From a virus: a stretch of DNA of 64,000 nt. This document shows, in pieces, positions 35,705 through 45,918 of the stretch. Each line of letters opens with the position of its first letter. The first letter of the stretch is position 1. The DNA lies in IMG/VR virus record IMGVR_UViG_3300046786_000121, positions 1 through 64,000 of that record; one strand, written 5' to 3'. The notes beneath the pieces are model-generated. The model made no database searches. It was not told the DNA's origin and was given only the letters and a program-made list of their open reading frames with translations. A program made the position numbers and the translations under genes.

Positions 35705-37327
35705 TTATACCGGATCTAGAGCTAGTCTCCAGTAACCTGATGCGTATTCGCCCTCAAAGCTCTTATACCATTGTCCACCATCGGCCCAACGATATTGTAT
35801 TCCTGTTTTTAAATTTTGGAATATTAAACTTGTAGGTGTAAATTTACTATTATCTGAAGGAATTATTGTATTATCAAGCTCGCTGATATCTGCATTAGCT
35901 TTATAAGCAACACCGTCATAGATAACTATTTCTCCAGTTGCATAAACAATACCGCTACCGACTGGATAAGTTGATAATTCCCACATCGGTAATAAATCAA
36001 TCCACGCAGAGCCGTTCCATTCTACAATAGTATTTGCACGAATTACAGGATCAGAGTTGTTGTCATTTTTCCAGGCATCCGGGCCGTCATAATTGTAATA
36101 TGTTGGCCTGTCAATAGTTGTTCCATTATTGCTGCTATTGTTAACATCATCTAATACTAGATATCGTGTACCGGCAGCAATTGTTTGATCTGACTCTTCT
36201 TTATTTGGGCGTTTAGGATTAAACTTGTAAGGATCTACGATTGCATCGATCGTTGTTCTTCCACTAGGATATGTTTCGCTAATGATAACAGTATTAGAAG
36301 GTTTATCTTCGATAGTAACTAACATGAATGTAGGATCTACTTCGTTGACTGTAAATGTTCCGCCAATTTCGCTACCATCTGGTTGTAAGAAATAAATCTT
36401 GCTGATGCCAGGAACATATCCGCCATACAGATCTAAGATTTTAGACCAATCAATCCTATCACCTTGTTTTGATGGAACTGATAACCCAGTAGCTTCAACT
36501 ACTTCACTTGGACTCACTATTGATAAATCATAATCGTTTGTCTGACCGTTTGAACTCTTAAGTAAAAGCACACGCCAGTTACCTTCAACTTGTGGTAATC
36601 TAGCAGTAGCATCGCCGCCATATACTAAATCGTCAAGACTCATTACATCACCAGACTCGGCAAATACATTCATTACTAAATTTCTAACAACACCTAGTTT
36701 CTTAACCTTAGTCGGTGGACTAATGTATATAGGCATATCAAACTCTAAGCTACATATATCAATCTCACTTTCTGTTCCTACAGGAATTGTTCTAGAACTA
36801 AAATTAAGAGATGAAAGATTTAAAACACTTAGACTGGTCCAGTCGATATAATTGTCTGTGGTTTGGATTTCTAAACTAGGATTAAACAATACAAGAATTT
36901 GTTCAGTTAATTGTAACTTTTGATCAGTATTACTAGTCCAAATGTCAGCCTTCATTTTTAATTTGAAAGGAGTTGGCATTAGACGTTCAACGGTGTATCC
37001 ACCACCCTGATAATTTTTATAATCAACGCCGTCTGGTGTACTTTCCCAAGCACGTTCTCTAATGTTTAGCTTGCTAACAAAACTAGAATCGGATAATCTC
37101 GAAGTGTCCATTTCTAATCCAGTTATATAACAACTAATTTTAGGAACACTTGGCATTTTATTTTCAGAGTTTTCTCTAATAATTGCAGCAACTTGCCTAG
37201 TCATGTCTCCGTATGTAACAGGTACAGTCTTGAGTGTACCGTCACCTGCTTGATATTTGAAGCCCATGAACACACGCATAAACTGTGTTACATATCTTCT
37301 TATCTGCCCATCATAAAAGAAATCCAT
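35705..37327 (-). CDS. gp15: Tail sheath stabilizer / tail terminator with C-terminal extension
   Basis: FFYDGQIRRY.TQF..VF, VPVTYG, PTPF.L.M..DIWT....LQ..EQIL..FNP match the T4 gp15 family. Confidence 0.8.
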   Translation of the reverse strand: MDFFYDGQIRRYVTQFMRVFMGFKYQAGDGTLKTVPVTYGDMTRQVAAIIRENSENKMPSVPKISCYITGLEMDTSRLSDSSFVSKLNIRERAWESTPDGVDYKNYQGGGYTVERLMPTPFKLKMKADIWTSNTDQKLQLTEQILVLFNPSLEIQTTDNYIDWTSLSVLNLSSLNFSSRTIPVGTESEIDICSLEFDMPIYISPPTKVKKLGVVRNLVMNVFAESGDVMSLDDLVYGGDATARLPQVEGNWRVLLLKSSNGQTNDYDLSIVSPSEVVEATGLSVPSKQGDRIDWSKILDLYGGYVPGISKIYFLQPDGSEIGGTFTVNEVDPTFMLVTIEDKPSNTVIISETYPSGRTTIDAIVDPYKFNPKRPNKEESDQTIAAGTRYLVLDDVNNSSNNGTTIDRPTYYNYDGPDAWKNDNNSDPVIRANTIVEWNGSAWIDLLPMWELSTYPVGSGIVYATGEIVIYDGVAYKANADISELDNTIIPSDNSKFTPTSLIFQNLKTGIQYRWADGGQWYKSFEGEYASGYWRLALDPV

Positions 37328-38709
37328 TATTCGTCCGCCTGTGGTCTAAGGGCTTTGCTCAAGCTCTGTTTCTCTTTCACTTGATGTCCGTTAATTGTAT
37401 TAACATTATTGTTATTAATAAACGAAGTCTTGTGAGTCATTCTAATTTCACCCCATACTGTTGGGTGTGTTTCTGGATTAGTATTTGTATTAGCAGATCT
37501 TGCAACATAAACAATTCCTGCATATGTAACCCTATCATTGATTACATATTCTGCAGAAGTAGTCCATGCTCCTTTATCTGTAGTTTTGTCGTAACCTTCA
37601 TTGTTACTCATAGTCATTCTAGTCACATCTTCTACCTTCATCCATCTTGTACCATTAAATCTAAACAAACGTCTAGGCAAATAATCTGTACGGAGATGAT
37701 ATTGTCCTTCGGTTGGCTGTAACGGGAATGCAATTCCTGAAGTAAACGGAGCACCATTGGGAGGAATTCCATCTCCGTCACCTGTCATAGGTCCATCATA
37801 ATTTGGACTTTGATAAACCGTAGATGCTGTAGATCCTACATAAATTGGATCTCCGTTACTATCAAATAACGGATTGCCGTTACCATCAGTTGCTTGTGTT
37901 TGCACACTTGCATCTAACACAGAATTATCAGCAGTTACAAGTTCAACAGCACCGTCTGCATCTCGTTGAAGCATGTAATGTTTAGTTGTGTCATAACCAC
38001 TCTTCGGAGCATCGAGTTCTGCTTGATCCAATACAGCTTGTGTAATCTGCATTTCTTTTTCGTATGTAGAAACAATATCTCTAAGAGTTGTTCCGTTTGG
38101 ATCTGGATCACCGTTAGCATCTGTTTGCACTTGATCAAGAATATCTTTGAATTCTTGGCTATCAACTAGCGGTTTACATTTTGCACGATATAGGTGTGGA
38201 TACCAAGTTACAGAAAATCCTTCTGCTGCACGATTAACTTCTTCAACAACATAATATCGTTTTAACGCATATTGCAAATCATTATAAGCATACTCATCTT
38301 TTAAGTGAGGTAATTCGATTACATCACCACTCATAATCTTACGACCAAGTTTTTCTACTGTATCGTTGATATGAAATGTGATAAAAATTGTATCATTTTG
38401 CAAGAATAAACCGAACTGACTCAAGTTAAAATCAATATCTGTTAGACTATAAACTCCACGTAGTAGGTATATGTCCGGATCATATTTGCGATCTCTATTC
38501 TCAAGAAACAACATATCTTGTATCTGAAAAGGATCGGTAGAATTATAAGTAGGAGTCGTAGGAGTATTGCCCTGTACAGAGCTTCCTGGTCCTAGGTACT
38601 TGTGTACAAATACATCAGTACCCCCAATCTGGAACATCTCCCAAACGGATTTATCGATGAATTTAAAGTCATTTCCCTTTTGGGGACGGTATAGGCTTAA
38701 TCTTGGCAT
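37327..38709 (-). CDS. gp14: Neck protein (gp14-like) with C-terminal extension
   Basis: LSQFGLFLQNDT..ITF...GDVIELP matches gp14; lies next to gp13 and gp15. Start MPRLSLY at 38709 follows a late promoter. Confidence 0.65.
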   Translation of the reverse strand: MPRLSLYRPQKGNDFKFIDKSVWEMFQIGGTDVFVHKYLGPGSSVQGNTPTTPTYNSTDPFQIQDMLFLENRDRKYDPDIYLLRGVYSLTDIDFNLSQFGLFLQNDTIFITFHINDTVEKLGRKIMSGDVIELPHLKDEYAYNDLQYALKRYYVVEEVNRAAEGFSVTWYPHLYRAKCKPLVDSQEFKDILDQVQTDANGDPDPNGTTLRDIVSTYEKEMQITQAVLDQAELDAPKSGYDTTKHYMLQRDADGAVELVTADNSVLDASVQTQATDGNGNPLFDSNGDPIYVGSTASTVYQSPNYDGPMTGDGDGIPPNGAPFTSGIAFPLQPTEGQYHLRTDYLPRRLFRFNGTRWMKVEDVTRMTMSNNEGYDKTTDKGAWTTSAEYVINDRVTYAGIVYVARSANTNTNPETHPTVWGEIRMTHKTSFINNNNVNTINGHQVKEKQSLSKALRPQADE

Positions 38710-38716
38710 AGTCATA

Positions 38717-38737
38717 TATTTAGCGGTGCGATAAATA
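38717..38737. promoter_or_regulatory. Back-to-back late promoters (CTAAATA minus 38717-23; ATAAATA plus 38731-37)
   Basis: Divergent TAAATA boxes, 7 and 5 nt from the gp14 and gp13 ATGs. Confidence 0.7.
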
Positions 38738-38742
38738 ACAGT

Positions 38743-39501
38743 ATGAGCCAAATAGATCAATCCAGAGAACAGGTATACACTTACTGCAAAACCATGCTGG
38801 GCGACGGCATGATTGATGTAGAGCTAGACCCTATACATTATCAAACCGCGCTAGATCGTTCTCTAGCAGTATTTCGTCAACGCAGCGATAACGCTGTTGA
38901 GGAAAGCTATGCGTTTTTGACCCTTAATCAGGACCAAAACGAGTATATTCTTCCAAAAGAAATACAACAAGTTCGACAGATTTTTAGACGTAGTATTGGT
39001 TCTAGAACCGGTAATGGCTCTGGTGGTACTGTTTTTGAACCATTTAACTTAGCCTATACAAACACTTATTTGTTAAGCTCAACCAACATGGGTGGATTAT
39101 TAACCTACGAATTGTTCAGCCAATATCAGGAACTTGTTGGAAAAATGTTTGGTAGTTTTATTAACTTTACTTGGCAACCTCAAAGCCGTAAGTTAATGAT
39201 TCAGCAGCGTCCTCGAGGTGGTGAAGAAGTTATGCTTTGGGTCTATAATACAAAACCTGACTTTGCTATTATCGAAGATACCTATGCAGGACAATGGATT
39301 AAAGACTACACACTTGCAAATTGCAAGATGATGGTAGGACAAGCTCGTGAAAAGTTTGCACAACTAGCAGGGCCACAGGGCGGATCTAGCTTAAATGGCG
39401 CACAAATGAAATCTGAAGCTACAGCAGATTTAGAAAGATTAACCAAAGAACTTGAAACCTATATTCCGGGCGGTACAGGATATAGCTGGATTATTGGTTA
39501 A
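38743..39501 (+). CDS. gp13: Neck protein
   Basis: LG..MIDVELD...Q, WIKDY.LA..K...GQ...KF..L.GPQGG..LNG match T4 gp13. Confidence 0.85.
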   Translation: MSQIDQSREQVYTYCKTMLGDGMIDVELDPIHYQTALDRSLAVFRQRSDNAVEESYAFLTLNQDQNEYILPKEIQQVRQIFRRSIGSRTGNGSGGTVFEPFNLAYTNTYLLSSTNMGGLLTYELFSQYQELVGKMFGSFINFTWQPQSRKLMIQQRPRGGEEVMLWVYNTKPDFAIIEDTYAGQWIKDYTLANCKMMVGQAREKFAQLAGPQGGSSLNGAQMKSEATADLERLTKELETYIPGGTGYSWIIG

Positions 39502-39508
39502 TTATTCG

Positions 39509-39537
39509 TTGACTTCTATTCTCTAATACTTTACACT
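39509..39537 (+). promoter_or_regulatory. Sigma70-type early/middle promoter
   Basis: TTGACT-17 nt-TACACT upstream of the dNMP kinase SD GAGGAG. Confidence 0.55.
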
Positions 39538-39557
39538 ATATCTAGTGAGGAGACATT

Positions 39558-40214
39558 ATGATTATAGGAGTCTGCGGATTTATAGGCAGCGGTAAAGATA
39601 CTATTGCTGATTACCTAGTTAATTTCCATGAATTTAGAAGAGAAAGTTTTGCATCTACTCTAAAAGATGCAGTAGCAGCAGTGTTCGGCTGGGATAGAAC
39701 AATGCTAGAAGGGCGCACTAAAGAAGCCCGGGAGTGGAGAGAGCAAGTCGATCCGTGGTGGGCAGCTAGACTAGATATGCCTACATTAACTCCTAGATGG
39801 ATCCTACAATACTGGGGTACTGAAGTTTGTCGTAAAGCATTTCACGATGATATTTGGATTGCTAGTTTAGAAAACAAACTTCGCACAAGTAAAGATAACG
39901 TGGTTGTAAGTGACTGTCGTTTTCCTAACGAAATTGCAGCAATTAAAGCACAGGGCGGAAAGATTGTTTGGGTTCAACGAGGTAATTTGCCCGAGTGGTA
40001 TGATATTGCTGTGCAGGCAAATTTAGGGCATAATTGGGCAGTGCAAGAGCTCAAAATGAAGAAGATCCATGCTAGTGAAACAAGTTGGGTTGGAACAGAC
40101 TTTGATGCTATAGTTGATAACAACGGAACCATTGACGATTTGTATAAGCAGTCCGCAGCTCTAATAGTCAGCAGTGAGGTCTCCCTGACGCCAAGTAATA
40201 CCTTCTTTGCCTAG
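39558..40214 (+). CDS. gp1: Deoxynucleoside monophosphate kinase
   Basis: IIGVCGFIGSGKDT P-loop, FA..LKD, TPR.ILQ.WGTE, SDCRF.NE, HASE. Confidence 0.9.
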   Translation: MIIGVCGFIGSGKDTIADYLVNFHEFRRESFASTLKDAVAAVFGWDRTMLEGRTKEAREWREQVDPWWAARLDMPTLTPRWILQYWGTEVCRKAFHDDIWIASLENKLRTSKDNVVVSDCRFPNEIAAIKAQGGKIVWVQRGNLPEWYDIAVQANLGHNWAVQELKMKKIHASETSWVGTDFDAIVDNNGTIDDLYKQSAALIVSSEVSLTPSNTFFA

Positions 40215-40496
40215 TATTTGAGCACAATTACTGCATACAGTTTTTAAATTTGTAGTTCGGCAATTATCCAAATTGCCGTCTACATGAAACACTTTGAATA
40301 CTTCTTTGTGTGGACTCTTAAACCCACACTTATCGCATTGTAGTTTGAGCTTGTATCCTGCCCTTGCCCATCTTGGAATTCCGTGATACAAACCATGGGC
40401 TGAGCAGACTTCACACAAACTTCTATAGTAAGTTCGTCCGTTTTTCTTATAATTTACAGCACGGGGGCGTTGTTCGCACCTACAAAGCGGTCTCAT
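40161..40496 (-). CDS. Zn-finger HNH endonuclease-like protein
   Basis: CxC / CxxC / CxxC, FHVDGN..N....NL..VCxNC; TAAATA 5 nt upstream of the ATG. Confidence 0.65.
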   Translation of the reverse strand: MRPLCRCEQRPRAVNYKKNGRTYYRSLCEVCSAHGLYHGIPRWARAGYKLKLQCDKCGFKSPHKEVFKVFHVDGNLDNCRTTNLKTVCSNCAQILGKEGITWRQGDLTADY

Positions 40497-40563
40497 ACTA
40501 ATATTTACACCTTTTCAATCCCTTTTCCGAACGGTATAACAAGCCAATTTTAGCAGATACCGC

Positions 40564-40569
40564 TAAATA
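40564..40569 (+). promoter_or_regulatory. Late promoter for the sheath/tube operon
   Basis: CTAAATA, followed by SD AGGAG. Confidence 0.65.
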
Positions 40570-40600
40570 ATATGAGCAACTATTACCAGGAGATTAGGGA

Positions 40601-43600
40601 ATGGCACTAACATCACCAGGCGTACAAGTTACGGTAATCGACGAGAGTTTTTATACACCAGCTGAACCTGGAACTACTCCGTTAATCGTAATTGCAACAG
40701 CCGAGAATAAATCTAATGCAGCAGGCACAGGCACTGCTGCTGGAACAACACAGGCTAATGCAGCCAAAGTGTTTAAAGTTACAAGTCAAAGAGAATTGGT
40801 TGACACCTTTGGTGTTCCGTTCTTTGAAAAGACTGCAAGTTCAACACCTATCCATGGTAGTGAACGAAATGAATACGGTTTACTAGCAGCATACAGCTTC
40901 CTAGGCGTAAGCAATTCAGCATTCATTATGAGAGCTGACGTTGACTTAAACGAACTTGAACCTCAGACTACCGCCCCGGGAGCAGAACCAACAGACGGTA
41001 CATGGTGGGTAGATACACAATCTACTGCATGGGGTATCCAAGAGTGGAATGCAGCATCTGCACAAACTACAGGCGGTCAAAAGTTTGCTGCTAAAACTCC
41101 TATCGTATTAACTAACGACGATACATCTAAAATTTCAAATAACAAGCCAAAGGATTCAGTTGGTGTTATTGGAGATTACGCAGTTGTTATCGAAACTGGT
41201 TCTATATTCACAGAAGCAGCTAAGGTTTATTACAAGAGAAACGCAACACTATTAGGTGGCGACACTTGGGTTGAAGTTGGTAGCAGTGATTGGGCATTAA
41301 GCAACCCAACAGTTACTGGTGCTAAAATTACAGCAGTTGTATCTTCTGCTAACTCCGGTGATTTTAAAATTAACGAAACTACTGTAGCAGTTGTTGAAAA
41401 CGATACATTAACAAACGTTGCTTCTACAATTAACGGTTTAAACATCGATGGTGTTGTAGCAATTGTTGACGGTTCGTACTTAAAACTATACGCTGATCAA
41501 ACAGCAGCATCTAATGGTGTTGACGCAGACGGAATTATTAATATTTCTGTTGCAGGCGCAGCTACTAACGTTGACGTAGCCGACATTGTTGTTGGTAAGA
41601 GTTACAAAATTAAAACAGTTGGCACAAGTACAGATTGGGCAACAATAACTGGCGAAGCTGGTCCGTTTGTCGTTGGATATGAATTCATTGCAGAAGCAGC
41701 AGATTCAGGCGGTGACGGTACTGTTGATATTGACGTTGCTGTACTTTCTGGTATTGGTTTAACTGCCGGTGATTACTACTGCCCAGCACTACAACAAACT
41801 CCACACACAAATGTTCCTAACTTTAAGAGTACAGGAACTACTCCACGTCCAACAGGTTCTGTATGGATCAAGACAACTGAGCCAAATCAAGGTGCTCGTT
41901 GGAGAGTAAAGCGTTGGAATTCTGCTACAAAATCTTGGATTGAGTACAGTGCTCCGATCTATTCTAGCACACACGCTGCACTATACTACCTAGATCGTAG
42001 TGGTGGCGGTGTTAACCTTGCCGTAGATACATTGTTTATTCAATCAAACTCTACAGAAGGAACACCAGAAACAGCAAACTTTAGACTATGGAAGAGAGCA
42101 GCATCTGGTAATACAGTTATTACTTCTGGTGTTGTTACTGGCGATACATTTGCAACAAACAACACTTTCTTTATCAATGAGTTTGATAAAGGTTCTTTAT
42201 CGCTACACGGCGATGTAGAAGTTAGCTTCGAAGCTAACGGTGATGCAGAAGATGCTGATTTGTTTGCAGCAGCAGTTAACGCATTGAATTTACATCATGT
42301 TGAAGCAGTTGTAACTGTTGATAATAAGATTCAATTGATCCACAAAACTGGTGGTGATATTAGATTATCCGACGATGTAGGCGGAACAATTGCTAGCTTG
42401 TTTACACCATACAATATTGTTACTGGTGTAGGCACAGCAAACTTCTATGAAATAGCAAGTGGTTATTTGGCTAGTAACTGGAAGCCATTGGCAGCTGACG
42501 GATTTACAGCAGCTGGTGATCCTCCATTAGCAGAAGCACAAGACGGACAACTATGGTACAATCCTAACTTCGGTGAAGTTGATATTATGTACCACAACGG
42601 TAATACATGGGTTGGCTATAGACATTCTACAGCATTCCCTAGTACCGACGAAAACGGTCCAGTTGTAAGTGCAAGCCAACCAGCAAGTACATACGAAATT
42701 AACGGTCAGTTATGGATTAGCACAGCAGATTTAGAAAACTTCCCAACAATGTATCGTTGGAACGCTGATGCCAGCGAGTGGCAATTAATTGACAAGACAG
42801 ATCAAACAACTGAAGAAGGTGTATTGTTTGCAGACGCACGTTGGAACACTGACGGCGCAGCAGGTGATGCAACTATCGGAGAGTTGGCATTAAGCAATTT
42901 CTTAGATACAGATGCTCCTGATCCAGCACTATATCCAAAAGGTATGTTGTTATGGAACCTACGTAGAAGTGGTGGTAACGTCAAACGTTATGCTAACAAC
43001 TATGTTGACCTAGCAGCAGACAATGCAAGATATGACAACAACAATTCACCAGCAGGTGATGTGTATGTTGCAGGTGAAGGTCAAGCTCTTTACGCAACTG
43101 ATCGTTGGGTAACAGCAAGTCCTAACAACGAAGATGGTTCTGGTAGCTTTGGACGTAAAGCTCAACGTGCTTTAGTTGTACAAAAGATTAAGAGTGCAAT
43201 CGATACAAGTTCAGAAGCAAGAGATGAAGAGCGTAGAAACTTCAACCTAATTGCAGCTCCTGGTTATCCAGAAGCATACAGCAATTTAATCAACTTGAAC
43301 TTAGATCGCGGTATGACAGCATTCGTAGTTGGTGACACACCATTACGCTTGCCAGCTGATGCAACTAGCTTAACAGCTTGGGGTACTAACGCCAATGGCG
43401 CACTAGATAACGGCGATACAGGTATTGTTAGTTATGATGAGTACTCAGCAGTTTACTATCCAAACGGATTTACAACTGACCTAGGCGGTGCTAATGCAGT
43501 TGTTCCAGCATCACACATGATGTTGCGCACAATTGCTCTAAGCGATCAAGTTAGCTATCCATGGTTTGCACCAGCAGGTACAAGACGTGGCGGCATTACT

Positions 43601-44086
43601 AACGCTACAGCAGTAGGTTACATCGATGCAGCAACAGGCGAATTCCAAAGTGTTGCATTGAACGAAGGACAACGTGATACATTGTATGACTTGAAAGTTA
43701 ACCCAATTCCATTCTTTGTTGGAGTAGGTTTAGTTGCATACGGTCAAAAGACTCGTGCAAGAAACGCAAGTGCATTGGATCGTATCAACGTAGCTCGTTT
43801 AGTAGTATATCTACGTAGCCAGTTGAACAAACTAGCTCGCCCATACATCTTCGAACCTAACGATAAGATCACAAGAGACGAAATTAGAGGCGCAGTAGAA
43901 AGTCTATTGCTAGAATTGGTAGGATTGAGAGCATTGTACGACTTCGCAGTTGTATGTGACGAGTCTAACAACACCAACGCTAGAATTGATCGTAATGAAT
44001 TGTATGTAGACATTGCGATTGAACCAACTAAAGCAGTTGAATTCATCTACATTCCATTGCGTATCAAGAATACAGGAGAGATTTAA
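40601..44086 (+). CDS. gp18: Contractile tail sheath protein (enlarged by inserted domains)
   Basis: SPGVQVTVIDES N-terminus; PWFAPAG.RRG, LY..KVNPI, YGQKT, ALDRINVARL, FEPND..TR, VCDESNN, IDRNEL.VDI.I.P.K..EFI.I. Confidence 0.95.
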   Translation: MALTSPGVQVTVIDESFYTPAEPGTTPLIVIATAENKSNAAGTGTAAGTTQANAAKVFKVTSQRELVDTFGVPFFEKTASSTPIHGSERNEYGLLAAYSFLGVSNSAFIMRADVDLNELEPQTTAPGAEPTDGTWWVDTQSTAWGIQEWNAASAQTTGGQKFAAKTPIVLTNDDTSKISNNKPKDSVGVIGDYAVVIETGSIFTEAAKVYYKRNATLLGGDTWVEVGSSDWALSNPTVTGAKITAVVSSANSGDFKINETTVAVVENDTLTNVASTINGLNIDGVVAIVDGSYLKLYADQTAASNGVDADGIINISVAGAATNVDVADIVVGKSYKIKTVGTSTDWATITGEAGPFVVGYEFIAEAADSGGDGTVDIDVAVLSGIGLTAGDYYCPALQQTPHTNVPNFKSTGTTPRPTGSVWIKTTEPNQGARWRVKRWNSATKSWIEYSAPIYSSTHAALYYLDRSGGGVNLAVDTLFIQSNSTEGTPETANFRLWKRAASGNTVITSGVVTGDTFATNNTFFINEFDKGSLSLHGDVEVSFEANGDAEDADLFAAAVNALNLHHVEAVVTVDNKIQLIHKTGGDIRLSDDVGGTIASLFTPYNIVTGVGTANFYEIASGYLASNWKPLAADGFTAAGDPPLAEAQDGQLWYNPNFGEVDIMYHNGNTWVGYRHSTAFPSTDENGPVVSASQPASTYEINGQLWISTADLENFPTMYRWNADASEWQLIDKTDQTTEEGVLFADARWNTDGAAGDATIGELALSNFLDTDAPDPALYPKGMLLWNLRRSGGNVKRYANNYVDLAADNARYDNNNSPAGDVYVAGEGQALYATDRWVTASPNNEDGSGSFGRKAQRALVVQKIKSAIDTSSEARDEERRNFNLIAAPGYPEAYSNLINLNLDRGMTAFVVGDTPLRLPADATSLTAWGTNANGALDNGDTGIVSYDEYSAVYYPNGFTTDLGGANAVVPASHMMLRTIALSDQVSYPWFAPAGTRRGGITNATAVGYIDAATGEFQSVALNEGQRDTLYDLKVNPIPFFVGVGLVAYGQKTRARNASALDRINVARLVVYLRSQLNKLARPYIFEPNDKITRDEIRGAVESLLLELVGLRALYDFAVVCDESNNTNARIDRNELYVDIAIEPTKAVEFIYIPLRIKNTGEI

Positions 44087-44088
44087 AA

Positions 44089-44721
44089 ATGGCACTAACT
44101 TCATTAAATAGGATTTCAGTTCCACCAGCAGGCGGTAACTCTGGTACCGCTCTGCTAATGCCTAAACTCAAGTATCGCTTTAGAGTGATTCTTTTGGGTT
44201 TTGGAGTTGAAGCCAGCACTGAGCTTACTAAACAAGTTGCGGACGTTAAGCGTCCAAACGTTTCGTTTGAAGAAATGGCAATCGACATTTATAACTCGAA
44301 GATTAAATTAGCAGGCAAACCAAGTTGGGAAGATGTTACTCTCAACTTGCGTGACGATGCTAACGGACAGATTCAGAAACTTGTCGGTCAACAAATTCAG
44401 AAACAATACGATTTCATGGAACAAGCTTCTGCACGTTCTGGTATCGACTACAAGTTCCAGATGAATATCGAAACTTTAGACGGTGGTAACGGTGCATTAG
44501 AGCCTAGCGTATTAGAAAAGTGGGAACTATATGGTTGCTTCTTATCTGGTGTTGACTACGGTGAAGCTAACTATGCTACAAACGAGCCAATGACAGTTGC
44601 TCTAACAATCAAGTACGATAATGCTGTTCAATTCTCTGGTGCTAACGGCACTGGTATTGAGCGTGGCGTTGGTGCATTGGTTGGCAGAACAATCGGCGAG
44701 GCAGTAACTGGTCGTAGCTAA
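44089..44721 (+). CDS. gp19: Tail tube protein
   Basis: Directly follows the sheath; PKLKYRFRV, LAGK..W..VTL..RDD, WELYGCF, YDNA. Confidence 0.85.
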   Translation: MALTSLNRISVPPAGGNSGTALLMPKLKYRFRVILLGFGVEASTELTKQVADVKRPNVSFEEMAIDIYNSKIKLAGKPSWEDVTLNLRDDANGQIQKLVGQQIQKQYDFMEQASARSGIDYKFQMNIETLDGGNGALEPSVLEKWELYGCFLSGVDYGEANYATNEPMTVALTIKYDNAVQFSGANGTGIERGVGALVGRTIGEAVTGRS

Positions 44722-44741
44722 TCACTAAAATGATTCAAAAG

Positions 44742-44767
44742 AGCCCAAGTTAAACTTGGGTTTTTTT
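44742..44767 (+). terminator. Rho-independent terminator
   Basis: CCCAAGT-TAA-ACTTGGG-T7. Confidence 0.85.
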
Positions 44768-44783
44768 GTGACATAAATATTGT

Positions 44784-45905
44784 ATGGCAGATAAATTCAC
44801 AAGATTCCTCGGCGGCATTGGCAGCGGACTTACTAATCCTAAAGGCGGATTAGCAGACTGGCGCCACGCCTCAAAAATATTCCTACCTAACTATTATAGA
44901 CTTGCTCCTAGAACCAAGTTTATGTTTTATGTTAGGTTTGAAATTGACAAATCGGTCTTAACATCAAACGTGTTTACTAATAGACATGCTGACGAAGTTG
45001 GTTATCTGATTAAGACTACAGATTTACCAAAATATAAATTTGATACTGTTACAAAAAATCAATATAACAGAAAGCATATTATCTATAAAAACTTCCAATA
45101 TGAAAGTCTAGCAATGACTTTCAGAGATGATAGTGCAGGTATTATGAATGCTATGTGGGCATTGTATATGAGCACATACGTTCAAGATAGATTAAATCCC
45201 GAGTTAGCTTTCTCTAAAACTAACCTAAGACAGTCCGGTGAAAGTCGTGATGCATTTAGATACGGTTTGGATAAACAAGGAAAATCCGCAGACTTCTTTA
45301 AGTCAATCAGCATTTATACAATGAGTAGACGTAGATTTATTGGCTACACATTAATTAATCCAAAAATAACAAACTGGTCTCATGGTAGCTCTGATTACTC
45401 AGCTAGTGAGTTTAATGATATGTCAATGAATATTGAATACGAATCTGTACAATATTCAGCAGGCGAAGTTACACAAGGTACACCTAAAGGATTTGCTACA
45501 TTATATTACGATAGTGTACCAAGTCCATTAACTATTGCAGGCGGTGGCGTTGCTAATGTTTTCGGTGAAGGTGGCGTATTAGATGGAGTTGAGAGTGTCT
45601 TTGGTGACATTGCAAATGGTTCTGCATTTAGCAGCGCAGGCGGATTCTTAAGTACAGCTATTAAGGCAGTTAACACAGCAAAGAATTTTGGTAGATTAAG
45701 TAGTGCAGGCATTAAGGCAGAACTTACAGGTTTAATTACTAGCCCAGCGGCTGTTAGCGGAATTGTGAATACTGTTGGCGGAATTGTTGGCGCAGCATTT
45801 CCAAAAAATAATGGAGGCAATGCTAATACCGAAGCCACCCAAAAAACAGTAGTTCCGGTATTTAAACTATCTGAAACAAGTAACCCAAGCAACTTCCAGC
45901 AGTAA
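44784..45905 (+). CDS. Tail-tube-fold baseplate/tube initiator (gp54/gp48-like)
   Basis: KTTDLPKY.FDT...NQYNRK...Y..L.MTF.DD tube-family pattern; TAAATA 4 nt before the ATG. Confidence 0.6.
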   Translation: MADKFTRFLGGIGSGLTNPKGGLADWRHASKIFLPNYYRLAPRTKFMFYVRFEIDKSVLTSNVFTNRHADEVGYLIKTTDLPKYKFDTVTKNQYNRKHIIYKNFQYESLAMTFRDDSAGIMNAMWALYMSTYVQDRLNPELAFSKTNLRQSGESRDAFRYGLDKQGKSADFFKSISIYTMSRRRFIGYTLINPKITNWSHGSSDYSASEFNDMSMNIEYESVQYSAGEVTQGTPKGFATLYYDSVPSPLTIAGGGVANVFGEGGVLDGVESVFGDIANGSAFSSAGGFLSTAIKAVNTAKNFGRLSSAGIKAELTGLITSPAAVSGIVNTVGGIVGAAFPKNNGGNANTEATQKTVVPVFKLSETSNPSNFQQ

Positions 45906-45918
45906 TACAAGGTATAAT

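Noticed and set aside
37285-37722. 145-aa plus-strand ORF
   Set aside because: Antisense to gp14/gp15, with implausible composition.
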